A DNA stretch of 64,000 nt from Gordius albopunctatus (GCA_964276515.1 OZ193910.1:2356001-2420000), one strand, 5' to 3'; counted from the first letter of the stretch, positions 28,043 through 42,456 are shown. Notes: generated from the letters alone by a model not told the origin. Numbers and translations are program-made.

Positions 28043-30288
28043 TAGAGACCTGCAACGGGCCTGTTTAAGTCAATTGGACCGCCTGTAATAAAAATGTAAA
28101 AGCCCAGACCGGCCCGAGCCAGTCGAAATTTTAAATTATAAGCCGGGCCCGGCCGGCTAATTTTATACAAAGCCCGATCCCGGCCCGGGCCCGTAAAATT
28201 TTATTTTTATTTTTTTGTTTAATTTTTTTTATCGATATGGCAAGCAATATTTTGTCGTTTGTGTTAAAAATGGTAATAAAAATAGTTTAAAAAGACAAAA
28301 TTGCTAATTCCTGGTCACTCGAGTTCTTCTATCTTTTAAGAAACGACCTACATGGAAATTTTTTTTTACAAGTGGCACTTCAGGATACATAAAACTATAT
28401 AAGCCAAATAAACTTTTAAAACCCTTATTTAAGGTTATAATGTTTTAATAAAACTACTTAGCTTCTTTGCCTTCCCACCATTTTAAATAATTAGGATATT
28501 GATATAAAATGAAAAAACAGTGATAGAAGTAACTTGAGTAAATAAATTTTAGAATTTGTTTTTAAATTTGTTAATGATAATGAGTATATAAATTTTGGCA
28601 TCTGGCCGGGGTCAGATAAAGTAGAAGTTAGCAACGGTCAACATTCATTTGCAGGGAATTATTTAGCCAGTTTCGCATTTATCGGTTATAAATTAACAAC
28701 CTAGACAAATTGCCAAAATAAATTATCAGTCAGGCACAAAAATAATAATAATGGAATTTGAGCTTAGGCGAGGACGAAAAAAGTAAAGCAATCAGCGGTC
28801 AGCTAAATAAAAGTCTTTCACAGAAGCATAAGTCCACAGCCATTAAAAACCATATAAGAAGTTTCCACGGCAATTATTGAAAAATTACAAGTTGGACAGG
28901 ATATGATGGACAGGACGGATAACCAAAAGAGAGTCCATAAATTGCATAGCAATTTAAATATAAAATAATTTAAGGTCGTTTTTGTTTGATGGCTCAGGTC
29001 ACGAATGGCTAGAGGTCTACCCAAGCTGTCTCACCGGGATGATGCTGGAGGACTCGGAACTTTCGTACTCCATAGCTCTCAGGCTAGGGGTGAAATTTTC
29101 GAAGCCATTTGTTTGCCGAAATTGCAGCATACTCGTAGACGAACAAGCCAGGCATCCCTTACACTGCCTGGCAAACAAATTTAAATATGTTAGACACAAT
29201 AAGGCCAATACCTTAATTCAAATTGCATTGAAGAGAGCAAATATCCCATCCATCTTGGAGCCATCGGAACCCTCCTTGGAGGGACGTATGCGTCCTGATG
29301 GATCTTCTTTAGTCCCATGGAGCAATGGTCTTCACCTTAAATGGGACTTCACGTGTATTGACCTATTTGCCCCCTCTAACTACAACAATGATTCTTTAGC
29401 TGTCGCAGAGGGGCGGAAAGCTAATAAATACAAAGCCCTATTATCCTCAAACATTTTTATTCCATTGGTTGCTTCGTGTTCAGGCACCTTTGGCAAACAG
29501 GCCTTAGCCTTTTTGAAAGAGGTAGGAAGACGTTCTCCCCCGTCTTAACATTCGGTATCCTTTTTACTTAAACAACGACTTGGTATTCTTATAGCCAAGT
29601 ACAATTTTAAATCGTTCGCGGATTCTTGGCCAATTTTGGAAGATCCCCTCGATGATGATATATTAGAATATTGTATTATTTTATTTGACGCATTTTGTCT
29701 TTTATATTTTATGTATTTATATTCAATTACTTTCAACGGATTTTTAACAAATAAACTTTTTAATAATAAAAAAAAAGAGAGTCCATAAATTGCATAGCAA
29801 TTTAAATATAAAATAATTTTAAATTAATTCACTCAATATTGCTAGAGGGTATAAATGGGGAGGCAAATATGGGCAGCTGTACCCCTCCAAATTCAAAAAT
29901 TCCTGATGAAAAATTTTTTTTTTACCCTATTCAAACTGCCCCCTCCAATTTAAATTGGCTCCGCCCGTGGGATCACGTGTATAAATTATCTTTATACACG
30001 TGATTCGGGTTGAGCTATTGATGAGTTAATGAACTAGTATGAAAACAAAATTTAACTTTCCTGGATAATTTAATATACATAAAATAATTACAAATTAGAA
30101 TATTATAAAAACACCTTCTTTTATACTAAATCTAATTAATTTTTTAACGGGCCTTAAGTATAACTAGGCCCGGCCCGAGCCCGTAACGTTATATATCGGC
30201 CCATCCAGACCCGACCCGTTGTTTCATTTTTAAGCAGAAGCCCGTCTAACCCCGGCCCGCGGGCCGGGCCGGTCCGTGCAGGTCTCTA
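28043..30288. mobile_element. hAT-like element (TAGAGACCTGCA family) hosting a HINE fragment, a CRE-like insertion and a small MITE
   Basis: TIR TAGAGACCTGCA/TGCAGGTCTCTA, perfect 8-bp TSD ACTCATCT, GGCCC/CCCGG subterminal repeats. Partial relatives at ~34255-35107 and ~54895-55609. Confidence 0.9.
28972..29772 (+). mobile_element. 5'-truncated CRE-like non-LTR retrotransposon (CCHC plus restriction-like endonuclease)
   Basis: SG.EWL...P, LRLG, C..C.......H...C, RH, EP, RPDG, WDFT, AE.RK..KY motifs. Premature TAA at 29546 with homology continuing in frame. AATAAA and A-rich tail. 43-47 bp TSD. Confidence 0.88.
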
Positions 30289-32302
30289 ACTCATCTTATT
30301 AAATACACAATGGCATGCAAAATGAGCTTTGTAGCGTCTACATAAATTTGCCAAAAGAGTACATCTATATTATACCTATTCTAGATTGTCTGGTTATTTT
30401 ATAGTATATACAAGAACTTGTTAAAAGGAATTTTAATCATGTTAAATTAAATATTTATGGATTTTATAATAGAAAATTTAAAATTTGTCAACATTTTCAC
30501 ATAAATAATTCATAAATCTTAAAAAGCTACATACAATCTGATAAAAATAACCTGCCATGAAACATAGTTTAAGTAATGAAACTTTGTACCATGGTAGAAA
30601 GCTTTCGAAAAAGAAACTTTTATTGACATTAATTGACCAAAAAATAAAAATACGTGAGTTGAATTATCAATTAAACATTAAAGTTTTATTACCCTGGCTT
30701 TCATTAAAAAGTTATTAAAGAGTTTTTCGCTATTTAATTAAGGCATTCTCCTATGAATTTAAGATACAACTTAAAATGGATATTTTTTATAAACCCTGAG
30801 ACATCAAAATATATAAAATTAATATATGTGTAATGATGTTATCATTGAATAAAGCATTTATTTATTTACTTACTTAAGAGAGTAATAAAAAAATTTATTA
30901 TTCGTTATAAATCCATGTTGATGCTTCAATAATTTTGAATGAACGAAATTGGCAGACCTATTAATAGGCATCTAATTTCATATTGAGCATTTTAGTAATA
31001 TGAACAATAGGATTAAGGATATGAGTACTTTTACAAAAAAACAATAAATTAGTAAAAACAAATCTATATTTATGATTAATTTTATTTAATATCGGTCCAA
31101 AATTAATTTAATTGATGCCAAAATAAACACCATCTGAGTTTTAAATTGCCTTTGAAAATTAAATAATTAGGACTAAAGTTTTTACCCACAAACTAAGATT
31201 CAACAAAGCGGCTTGTCAAAAAAGTGTAAGGCTTATAAAATTCCATAATAATATCAATAAATATGGTCAATTTTTAAGTTATTAATGATAATGCTGTTGT
31301 AAGGTGGAAAATTACTAAAAAATAATAATTATAAAAAATCTCGAATATTGGTGATCAATTAGTTACTGGCCTTAGATCAATTATATGAAAATGAATAACT
31401 AAATTTGAACAATTTATATATCAAAATTGAATTTTATCTTTATATATAAATAGTTTAAAAAATTTGTTAGCAAAAAATTTATTTATTTACTGTAATTAGA
31501 ATCGATTGAATATGAATATAATAATTTTCTAAAGAAAATTTCCCCTGTTCAAATCCCCAGTATTTGTCAAATTTGAGAGCTAGGGATCATATAACATTTT
31601 AGTAATATTATCTAGCCACAATATTGAATAGATTTCTCTAACACTTCACTTGCTAATAATATTAGTGATTTATTTGTTTTTGCAATCAATAATTTATTTA
31701 AAGTGTTACACTATATAAAATACGATCTATTAATTTGGCAAATCAGAAGAGTTTTTGCAATTTTTTAGCTTACTTTTTAGATGGCATAAATAAGAAGTAT
31801 ATAAGATGTACTTTTTATTTGAAAATGAATTGAAAAAAATACTAAATTAGAAGAGGTGACTGCCGAAAATTGTTTTGGAATCAAATACTACTTATTTATT
31901 TATTTATTTTTTTTTTTTGGATAAAGTCCTCCGAGAATAGGTAGCGATAAATTAAATTGATATTGAATTGAATAGAACTTAAATGAAAAGTTTTTTCCCC
32001 ATTAAATCAGGTCAATAATAACCTAATTTAAACTAAAATTTGTATTTAATTTTAAATGACCGTTTGAGAATTTTTGATGCAATTGTCAAAATTTTCTCCC
32101 ATAAACTCATGCCAAGGTATAACTAAAACATTGTTTTCCGCTATATTTTTATAAATTAAAAATTTGCAAGGAAAAATTATATCTATTATAAAATGTTTGC
32201 GTTAAAATTATAAAAAAAAACCAGTCTAATTAAATTTATTTTATTATTTTTCCCTAAATTATGACAAATATTTGAATAATCAATAAAATAGATCAATATT
32301 GT

Positions 32303-33554
32303 AAAAAACTCGGGCCTTCGGCCCTCGTGGAAAGGGAAGGGGGAACGAAACTCATCATATTTGCTATGAAATTTATGGGCGAGAAAGGTGGGAAGGGACG
32401 AGAATGCCTATAGAGGGGTTTAAAATGCGAAATGATTAGTTAATTATTAATTTATACAAATATTTAAAAAGTTAAATTTTTGTAAAACCTGCTATTATTG
32501 AGGAATAGGTTTTCTTTTATTCATTTTTATTTATCAACTTCTAAATTAATCAAAATGACGAAAGGAACGCAAATAGAGGGTATGACCCTGGAAAAGCCAA
32601 TAGTCATCCATCTAAAATACAACTTACAATTCAGAGTTTTTTGATACTGTACAAATTTAAACAATTTGGTGTAGGCGACCCATAATTTGAATTATGACTA
32701 TAGACTCTATTCAAATCATGGGCATATGTATAGTAAAAACAAGATATCAAATAAACGGAAAAATTTTCCATTCAGATCTTTGCCATTGGTCATTTTTTCT
32801 ATTAACAAGAACAATATATTAATTTAATTAAAAAATAAGCCTTTGTGGGGTGGGGGGGAGGGCACAGGGACCCACATCAGTAGAGGCATAGGCCCTTGTA
32901 GGGGCTAATATAGCAATTCAAGAAACAAAAAAAATTCGATTTATACTTTGGCCAATGGTCATTTTTTTCATTGGTCAGTATCCAGGACACGGTCAAAAAG
33001 GATATAAATACATAAGAGACGGAAAAAAACGAAAAAAAATTTCAATATATACTTTGGCCAATGGTCCTTTTTTCATTTGTCAGTAGCCAGGACACGGTCA
33101 AAAAGTCATATTATCAACGGTATTAACAAGAACAATATATTAATTTATAAAAAAATTTTCCCTCTCCGGGATTCGAACCAGCAATTAAGAATTTGCCCTC
33201 GCCGGGATTCGAACCTACTTCTGTACGAGGGGGGGGGGCACAGGGACCCATATTAGTAGAGGCATAGGCCCTTCTAAGGGAGGGCATAGGGTATTTATCA
33301 ATGTTAACCTAATATACCAATTCAAAAACGAAAAAAAAAATTCGAATCACAATTTGGCCAATGGTCATTTTTTTCATTGGTCAGTAGCCAGGACATGGTC
33401 AAAAAGTCACAGTATCAATGGTATTAACAAGAAAAATATTTTAATTTAATTAAAAAAAATTTTTTGCCCCCTCCGGGTATCGAACCAGCAAGTCAGAACG
33501 TTAGACGGACGGACGGGCAACAAAAAGCGGGCCCATAAATTGCATAGCAATTAA
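32303..33554 (-). mobile_element. Second DINE-1-like HINE of the same family
   Basis: Hairpin GGGCCTTCGGCCC at 32312-32324, subTIR at 32361-32380, the same central repeats in reverse, (GGAC)n, and CCCATAAATTGCATAGCAATTAA at ~33532-33554. A diverged 3' end of another copy follows at ~33560-33720. Confidence 0.8.
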
Positions 33555-35648
33555 TAAACATGGGCTCGCTTAGGGTTCGACTTGGAGCCAGTTTTTCTGC
33601 CTTGGGATTTGTGCTTGGTTCTGGTGTATTGTTCTTACAAAACTCGTCCATATTTCGTATAAACTTAGCACATGCAATTTATGGGAGATAAAGAGGGGGG
33701 AGAGGTGGAGAATGCCCATGTGGAAGAGGGGACAATGGTCCAGCTCTAATCAGAGTTTCAGAGAAATGTATACATTTTTGGCCTAGAAGTTAGCCGCTCA
33801 CGCCGACAAAAATTCGAAAAAAAGTCACAATATATATATATATATTAATATTCAATTAGCATACTCTAATGTTTCAAGTCATAATGTCTCTGATCAAGAT
33901 TTATCAATTTAAAATGCGCCTTTTGATCTTGACGAATGAATAAATATCGATAAAAATATAATTTATTTTTTATTGTTAATTTAAAAATATCAAATAATTA
34001 TAAATTTTCTAATTTATGACACACAAAAAATATGTATGATTTAACGATATCTATGCATGGCCCTAACCCTCTAGGTTATATTAAGCGCCGTCCCCGATTC
34101 GTTTTTTCCTTTAGAGCAAAACTTGCGGGTAGTCTTGCCTAAAGCGTTGCACGAGGGACCGGTCGTGCAGGTATCTAAGCGAAATTTACCAATAAAACAT
34201 ATTTTATTTATAATAAAAAATGCATATAGTTTGATAACAACCAAATAGATAACTGCTCAACCAGAACCCGACGACTCAAAATTATTTTAAAATTTTCAAC
34301 CCGAACCCGACCCGACCCAAAAGCATTTTAAAATTTCAACCCTAACTCGACCCAATTCGAAAGCATTTTGCAATTTTTTACCTAAAACCGACCCGGCCCG
34401 ACCCAAAAGCGTTTAAATTTTTTAAGCGAAATTTTAGTATTCGACGTGGGATTATGAGAAATTGTGATGTGTAAAATTTAATCGACAAATTAAAGTGCGA
34501 TTTATGAAATTAAATGTACCACACATTTTGATTACTAAATTAATTGGCAAGAATTAAAACAATGATGTATAAATGTGAAAGCATCTATAATTTAGGGTCA
34601 AATTAATTTGTAATATAAATGGTTTTCAAATTAAATATTTAATAAATTTAAACTTATTTTATATTGGCATAAGAATATTGATTTTTATAGCCTAAATATG
34701 ATAAACTACCACTACACACTATTTAAATAGAATTTAAAAATTATTTAGTTAATATATTTTATACGATTCAAATTAAAATAAGATTAAAAAAAACAAAAGG
34801 AAATTAAATAACTGAATCAATTATATTCAATTATAATTTCCTGTTGATATGAAATATTAGACATACATTTCTCGTGTATTTTAATATGTAAAATTTATAA
34901 CCTTTGAACCGAAACTTTATTTAAAACCCGACCCGGCCCGAAAGCATTTTAAAATTTTCAACCCAAACCAAACCCGACCCGAAAGCATTCTAAAATTTTT
35001 GACCCAAACCCGACCCAAAGACATTTAGAAATTTTTAAACCGAAACCAACACGAATCGATTTAGGGTCGGATACGGGTGGAATGTAGGTCACCCGTGCAG
35101 GTCTCTACAACAAAACTATGTAAATAGAGGGATTACTTTAAGGCTTTATAAAATATGACATTTATTGATTTATAACAAGTAAATTAAAGCCTAAAATAGA
35201 ACCGGTAGATTGAAAAATAAAATTTTGTTTTTACAAAAAGAGTTTTGCCCATATCAGAATTAATATACCACACATATTTGATTGAAGTTGTAGTATGAAA
35301 CTAACAGGTTACGTTAATTTTTTGCTTGCCTTTTATTCATTGTTTATAAATAAAAAATTGGAAATAACATATAATTTGCTCAGCTTGATTTAACAATTTA
35401 CTTTTTTAAAAACTAATAAATAAAATTATTATTCATTAAGTTAAGATATATTAAATGATTGCTTGAGGGGCGGAGGAGCTAAAGGGGCGAGTATTTATCC
35501 CTTGATGGGCGAAGGGAAAGGGGTTTTAATATTGAAAGGCCCTGCTCTCCTTTCCTCAAAGCTACACCACGGAATTTATGCTTTTAGGTGAATTTTATAA
35601 TATAGAAATTTTATAAGACATCGGGGATAACTTATAAAATCTCGAAAA

Positions 35649-38600
35649 GATAGATAGATAGGTCCGCCCCGACTAACAGTCGTTTTCTCTTAACGTTTAC
35701 TCGGGTTAAGACGAGTGAGAGTCTACATCTTTAGAGATGTTTATGAGGGCCTATTGGACTAGATGTCACAATAGTACAGGCATAGAGGTGCCGCAAATCG
35801 GTAGGCAGCACACTCGGTTTATATAAAAATCATAAGTCAAAAAAAAAATTTACATACCATCTACGGCAATTACTGGAAATAAGCGATAGTTAGTCTCGAT
35901 TGATTGCACACTGGTACTTGCTTGAATATTGTCAGACTGCGGGAAGAGGGCATGGAGGTTTATGGATGGTAATCAATTTTTTTGGTGTGTTGGCAGGAAA
36001 TTTGTAGGCTAGGTGATTGGTGAGAAACTTTTTCCAAGTGTTCCTGTCTAAGAAGATCGCATCTAGTTGGCCGAGTTGAAAAACTATGCCGTTTAATTCT
36101 CTCGACGTGTTGTAGGCCCAGGTCCCACGGCATTTCGGGTATCCTAATGGGGGGGGGGGGGTTCTCCACAGTAAAGTGGACATGCAGAGGTTGGGGGAGC
36201 CTCTCCGAAACTGGTGTGCTAAGAAGTTCCACTTTTTAACCAAAATCATGTATTTGACCGGGGGAAGTTTGCATAGAAACCATAAATTCTCATTCCTAAT
36301 TATTCTTGGGTAGAAGATTTGACAGACAATTCTCAACATTTTGTTCACCTTTGTTTGTATGTTTTTGATTGAGCTTGCCTTGAGGTTCCAGGTCTCGCAG
36401 CCGTAAAAGATTACTGGGAGAATTAAAGTTTTGTATAGTTGCAGTTCCAAATTTTGTTGCATTGTTTGAACCTGTTGGTAGCCTTTGCTATTTTTTTCTC
36501 TGACATCTAGTGTGGTGTATTTGTCCACGCACAGAGACACACCAAGGTATTTAACTAGGTCCGAGGGTTTGATAATAGAATTGTGGCTCATGATACTCGC
36601 ATTGGGTTGCGGGTTAAGGGCAAGTAGTGTGGATTTTCCTGCATTGATGATCAGGCCTCCTCGGCTGCTTCTTTTGCATATCTATCATGTATGTTTTGTA
36701 GGTTGGACAATGAGTCGGAGATTAAGCAGACATCATCGGCAAACAGAAGAGATGAGATCCTCGTGTTGCTACTCAACAGCAAGCCATCGCTTGAGAATAA
36801 CGATCTCTTCAGTATTAGGTTCAAAACCGAGATGAAGATCAAAGGGGATAAGGGGCACCCCTGCCGAACACCTGAGTTTGGAGTGATGGGATTTGAGAGC
36901 AGTTGGTAATGTCTGACAAAGAGTTTTTGGTTTTCATAAAGCATGAAAATAAGTCTTATGATTTTTTTGGTAGTCCCAGTAGACAGAGGGTTTCCCATAT
37001 ATATAAATGTTGGACCGAGTCAAATGCTTTGGAGATGTCGAGGAAGATTGTCAATCAAGTTCTTGATGGTTAATATATGTTCGGTTGTTGTGCGCGAGCT
37101 TCTGAAGCCTGCTTGTGTGTGGTTTATTTTATTGTCCATGTGCGATTTAACTCGGTGGTAGAGTATGTTTATGAAGATTTTTGAGGTGACATTAATTAAT
37201 GTTATACCTCTGTAGTTATTGGGGTCAAGTTGGTTGCCTTTTTTGAAGATTTTTATCAGAACACTGCTAGACCATGATTGGGGCAGTTGTTCGTTCATCC
37301 ATATCCTTTCGAATAGTGGTTGTAGGAGCTGGGAAGAGGTTTTTGGATTGGCCTTGTAAAGTTCGGCTGAGATTCCTTCTTTGTCGGTAGCTTTGTGGTT
37401 CCTAAGTTTTTTTATGGTTCGCATGATCTCGTAACCACTAGGGGGTTGATAATCTATGTTGGCCTCGCCAGGACCTTTGAAGCCCTTGATAAATCCTCCA
37501 TAAATATCTGTATATGGGAATGGGGTGGGGAAGGAATGAATGTCACGGAAGTGTTTTTCCCATGATTCCAGTTGGGCTATGGAATCTTTGGGTTTGGGGT
37601 TGGAGGTTGCAATCGGATGCTCGTTGTAGCTTAGGTTCAAGCCTTTAGTTAAGGCTTTAACGTTTTTGTAAAGATTGTGAGTATTGTTCATTCTACTTGC
37701 AACCTCTGCTTCTTTTATTATCTCCGCCGCGTATATCCTCTTGTCGCGTTGCACACTAGCCTTTATAAGCTTGTTAATTGCTTTAAGACGTTCTTTCTTA
37801 AATTTGGCGGATGATCTGGTTATTGCGCCCCTCTCATCCATAAGGCGAAGGGATTCAAAGGAGGGGGATTTGTTATGTTGGGGGGTGGGTTTTAAGTTGC
37901 GCGATGATGCGATTAGGCTTTCTGTTAACCAAGCGCTTTGTTCTTCGATGGTCATGTTAATTGGTTGTGGTGTTGACTCAATTATCTTTTGCAGATTCTC
38001 GTTGAATAATTTAATACTCTGGGCGTGGCAAGTGGGTTACGCTAGCCTTTTTGAGGTGTTATGTAGCGATGCTGACGTGGTATAGATATCTGCCTCTAAC
38101 GTGTGGTGGTCCGATGATATGTAAGGGTTAGGGTAGGATGCGTAATTTCTAACAATATTTTTGTATTTGAATTCGGTCAAGATGTGGTCGATTTGAGAGC
38201 CTGTGGCCATATCAGATCTCTTGTAGGTCGCTAGTACGTTGGGGTTTAATGTAGAGAAAGTTGATAGAATGGACCATTTGTGTTCATTACACCACTTGAT
38301 CAGGATTTTTCCATTTCTGTTGGTGTGGCCAAGGTTATTAGGTCCCACACATGAGGGGTGGCAGTTTAGGGATGATTCCACAGAAGCGTTGAAGTCCCCT
38401 ATAAGGATTTTAATGTCTTTTTTGCGGAGATAGGATATTTGATGGTGGATGTTTTGAAAAAATTCAACGATGTATTTTTTTTGATAGTTTGAGGTAGGGC
38501 AATAAATGTTAATAAAGGTTAGCCGTTTGTTTTTGTTAATCTCAAGGGTTAATGTAATGATTCTCGGGGAGACGGGGTTGTGGGAGATAATATGGAATGA

Positions 38601-38819
38601 GTTCTTAACTACTATGGAGACTCCTGCACCATTCTCTGTTTTTGCACCTGAATTATATGATGTGAATCCATGAAACTTATGTAGGACATCTTCTTTGATT
38701 CTGGTTTGCTGTAGAAGCAGGACATCTTTATTGTGGGTTTTCATGAAGGTTAGTATGCCATCCCATTTGCGACGTGGCTTGCTGTGTGGGAGGGGTGTGA
38801 ACCGTGATAATAGTATCAA
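35649..38819 (-). mobile_element. Degenerate RTE-like LINE (APE endonuclease plus reverse transcriptase)
   Basis: Consecutive ORF pieces: APE (GDFNA, QIDHIL, SDH), RT (NYRGITL, QAGFR, GVRQGCPLSP, FADD, YLG) and C-terminal YGCETW, broken by stops and frameshifts. (CTAT)n 3' tail at 35649-35661. Confidence 0.9.
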
Positions 38820-41735
38820 TAGGCGTATACCAATAATGTCTAAAGAAGTTTATTAAGGACTGTGTGTAGGGGGGGGGGTTGACTAGTCCGAACAATTTGA
38901 GTTCAGCCCGCCTCGCAAGAACAAATTAAGGCGTTCTACGCTGCTTTTGGTACATTTGTAAAGAACTGTTAAGAGGCTAGGATAAATTTAAAATAAGAAC
39001 CCTATACCTTATAAGTTGTTATGCTTGGTATACAGTTATTTGTATTTTATTGGATAGATATTTTGCTAGATGGTTTAAGAGAGAAATCATATTGTATATA
39101 TTAAAGCCATAACCTAGACGCAAGCTTTTAAGTTCTATAAGACAGTTCGCATTAACTGCACTCTTTAGAAGGGAGGGGCAGGGTGAGGTAAACTTAGAGT
39201 TATATAACTCTACATTATTCGTAAAATCCATATTATGGTTCAAAAATAAATAATAAAGTGGGGGAGAGGGGGGGGGGGGGGAGAAATAGAGGGTGAAAAC
39301 ACTTAACTAGTCTCAAGGCTAAATTTAGCTTGTGCTAAATCAGTTTATTTGATTCTTGGCGGGCCCTTGTCAAGAAAGGCGCCTGCCATGCATGGTAGTA
39401 GGAGTAGGCATCTGCTTCCGGAGCAGATTAGAAATATCTAGTTGCACTATTTTTAGGTACTGGATACCAAGCATTTTGTGTTACAAGGAATCGAGGCTGG
39501 GTAGGAGGTCTCACAACATAACGTGGAGGGAGAGAAATAATTGAAAAGCGTAATGGAACAGAAATAAAACACACAAATAATGTATATAAATTTTTATAGT
39601 TCAATTGTAAAAAAGGACTAAAATATAATAAAACAATTGATTCTCAATTTTGGTGCATTTTATAAACAAGGAAAAAAATATGGGACCGCATATACCCTTT
39701 TTAAGTCATAATTTTAGAGATTTAACTAATTTTGAGGAATAAATCAATAGTATTATTTAACGTCTATTTGATTCAAATTTAAATATTCATAAATAAGAAG
39801 GTAAAACATAGAAATATTGCCTTAAACCAATCTTTCTTTTTGCATAAGGTATAGCGAAAAATGGTTTGTGTTAATAATTGTGAGAAGTTATTTCAAATGA
39901 TTGAATTCTTATTGCGGGGGTTTCTAAAAAATGTATTGTTCTTACAGTTGAATTGAGTGAAACAGTTTGGGTTTGTTAAAACTCACTAATAAATTAAATA
40001 AAGGTTTTTAAAGAGCAAACCCACAAATATAAAATTTAAATATAAAAGGGAGATTTCAAATTGTTTTGAGGATAAAATACTACCATATGAATTACATAAA
40101 TATTATATTAAGCCTATTAAAAATGTTATATTAAAAAAATTTTTTTTTTAAATTATTAGCTCCAAATTGATTAAATCTGATCAAAAAATTAATTATAATT
40201 GATTTTTATATATTAATTGCAAATAAATTTAATATAAAATTTTAAATATGGTGAAAAAGCTAGAAATATATAGACAGAAGAAAGAATATGATAATTTAAT
40301 GGTTATTCAAATAGATAAATTAAAAACAAATAAAAAGGAAAAAGGCTTGCCTTGCACTTTATTTAAAATTGACAAATAATTTGCAAACTACTGTTTAAAA
40401 AAACATACTAAGAGATGTTGAGAGGCACATATCAAATCATTAAATGACTGATTTCTAGATTGCAACAACCTGTATAAAGGTGGTCAGAAAAAAGACACAT
40501 GTTTTTTGGCATTCTATATATTGTAAGTTAACTTAAGCTTTTAGAAAAATAGGTAGTTAAAGAAATAGTAAACTTATGATCAATACAAAAATAAATTGAA
40601 ACACCATTTTATATAACTATAGTATAATATTATAAATAAGGGATTGTCAGGGGGGGTTGCATTTCCGACTGCACTGCGCTCGCATGCTTCGCCATATAAT
40701 GATATTCTGGAAGTTCAGAGTATGAACGACAGAGCCAGATAAATAACAAAACATGCAGGCAATAAGGGGAATAATAAATTTGGTGAGAAATAGACGCGGA
40801 GGGTAAAGGGGGCGGGGTCAGGGTCAGGGGTAACAGCATTAACACCATTAGTATGATAGAAACACAAGAGTTTATTTTTAGAACGACGGCGCCAGGCAAT
40901 AATGAGACGTTATTATACGGAGATCTGCTAGCACTCCTCAAATTTTAAGGAACAAGTATTATTACATATACGAGGGAGGGAGGGCAATTTAACTAATGAG
41001 TGGTCTCATGTATCAGGCTATCTTTTGTTTAAACAGGAGGGAGAGAAAATAAAAAGTTAGAAATAAGGGTTATTTATTTTAAAAGGGAAAAGGTCACTTA
41101 GCTTTTTATAAGAAACCTTACTCTGCATAAGATGCGATGGGAAGTTTAAGCCATTTTATTAGTAACCCAATATTAAAAACATTTAAAGGAATGAATTAAG
41201 AAGAGGGCGATTTAGCTAATTAAAACATGCTATGAGCATTTGAGGGATTGTCGAGTAGATTCAATCTTCCAAGCTTAGAGCAATAGTAGTCAGCAATATC
41301 TATTTATATTGTAGTAGTAGACACAAGAGTTAAATAAACAAAGTATATACAATAAGTAAATAAAAGATTAATAATCCTGGTAAAACATTACAAGTTGAGG
41401 CTTAATCACCGTCAAATATGAGTCTATTTTAAAAATTGACAGAAATTTGACTTTGGGATATTGAAATTATAGACAAAAATCTTGAAGGTTTAAAAATAAC
41501 AAAATTTATAATGTCTAATAATTTAGTATTTGTTATATGATCTGAACCTTTGCTTTAAAATTTAGAGTTAGCAAATTTAAATTATAATTTATTTAAAAAA
41601 AATTGTTTTTAAAAGTTTTAGAGTTAAAAATGAATTTGAATATATATACAATGAGTTTGTGCAACAAAATGTTCAAGATAAAGAAATTAAAACTTAACCT
41701 TTTTTTCAAATTATTTTGCCAGAAATACCTTTGGT

Positions 41736-41833
41736 CTGATAGGTTTGAAAGATAGAAATTTGAAATCAGTTAATTTAAAATGTTCTGATAGGTTTGAAAG
41801 ATAGAAATTTGAAATCAGTTAATTTAAAATGTT
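41736..41833. repeat. Two-copy ~48-bp tandem duplication
   Basis: TCTGATAGGTTTGAAAGATAGAAATTTGAAATCAGTTAATTTAAAATG occurs twice. Confidence 0.9.
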
Positions 41834-42134
41834 TTCATTGGTATTAGTTTTAAGTTTTGGGTCCATTAGTATATAATTAATAAAGTAGATATAACACATT
41901 ATTTTTGTAAATTGTATATAAATCTATATGAATATTAAATTAAAATATTATCAACATATCAATAAGCAAGCATATCATTAATTTTATAAATATAGAGTAT
42001 AACCATTTCTGGATTAATTAGAAAATCATAATCTTACAAAATGAATAAAGGTTAAATATTGTTGATCAACCTGATGCGTATGGAACCATATACATATATT
42101 TATCAAAAGAAGTTATCTGTTGGAATATATATAT

Positions 42135-42284
42135 CCAGATTCTCTTGAAGCGTACTGTTGACCATTTCTCGCTAGAAACTTTAATTTCTAAAACTTATGA
42201 TATAATGATATTCTTTTAAATAATCTTTTGTTTTTGCTTCACAAGTTCATCCCTTCGAGGAATAGTTCCACCATCACAACCCAT
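42135..42284 (-). pseudogene. RTF2: Disrupted 5' fragment of replication termination factor 2
   Basis: The - strand reads MGCDGGTIPRRDELVKQKQKII then TAA (42218-42216), the signature RTF2 N-terminus. No consensus donor follows, and downstream sequence has only faint frameshifted resemblance. Confidence 0.7.
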
Positions 42285-42456
42285 AATTTTCTATTAAGTT
42301 TTTAACACTTAGTCACAGATGAGTGCCATGGTAGGTGCTCCCCCGAAACTACGATAAAGCTATGGCTAAGATTTGAAATTACCGACGCCGTTTGAAATTG
42401 TGCATAAATATCATCTCGAAAAGATACAAATTGCGCATATGCTAAAATAAGAACAT

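Noticed and set aside
30300..32280. Possible highly decayed coding or transposase sequence (also ~18400-19700 and ~41440-42130)
   Set aside because: No motif could be recognised with confidence; stops occur in all frames.
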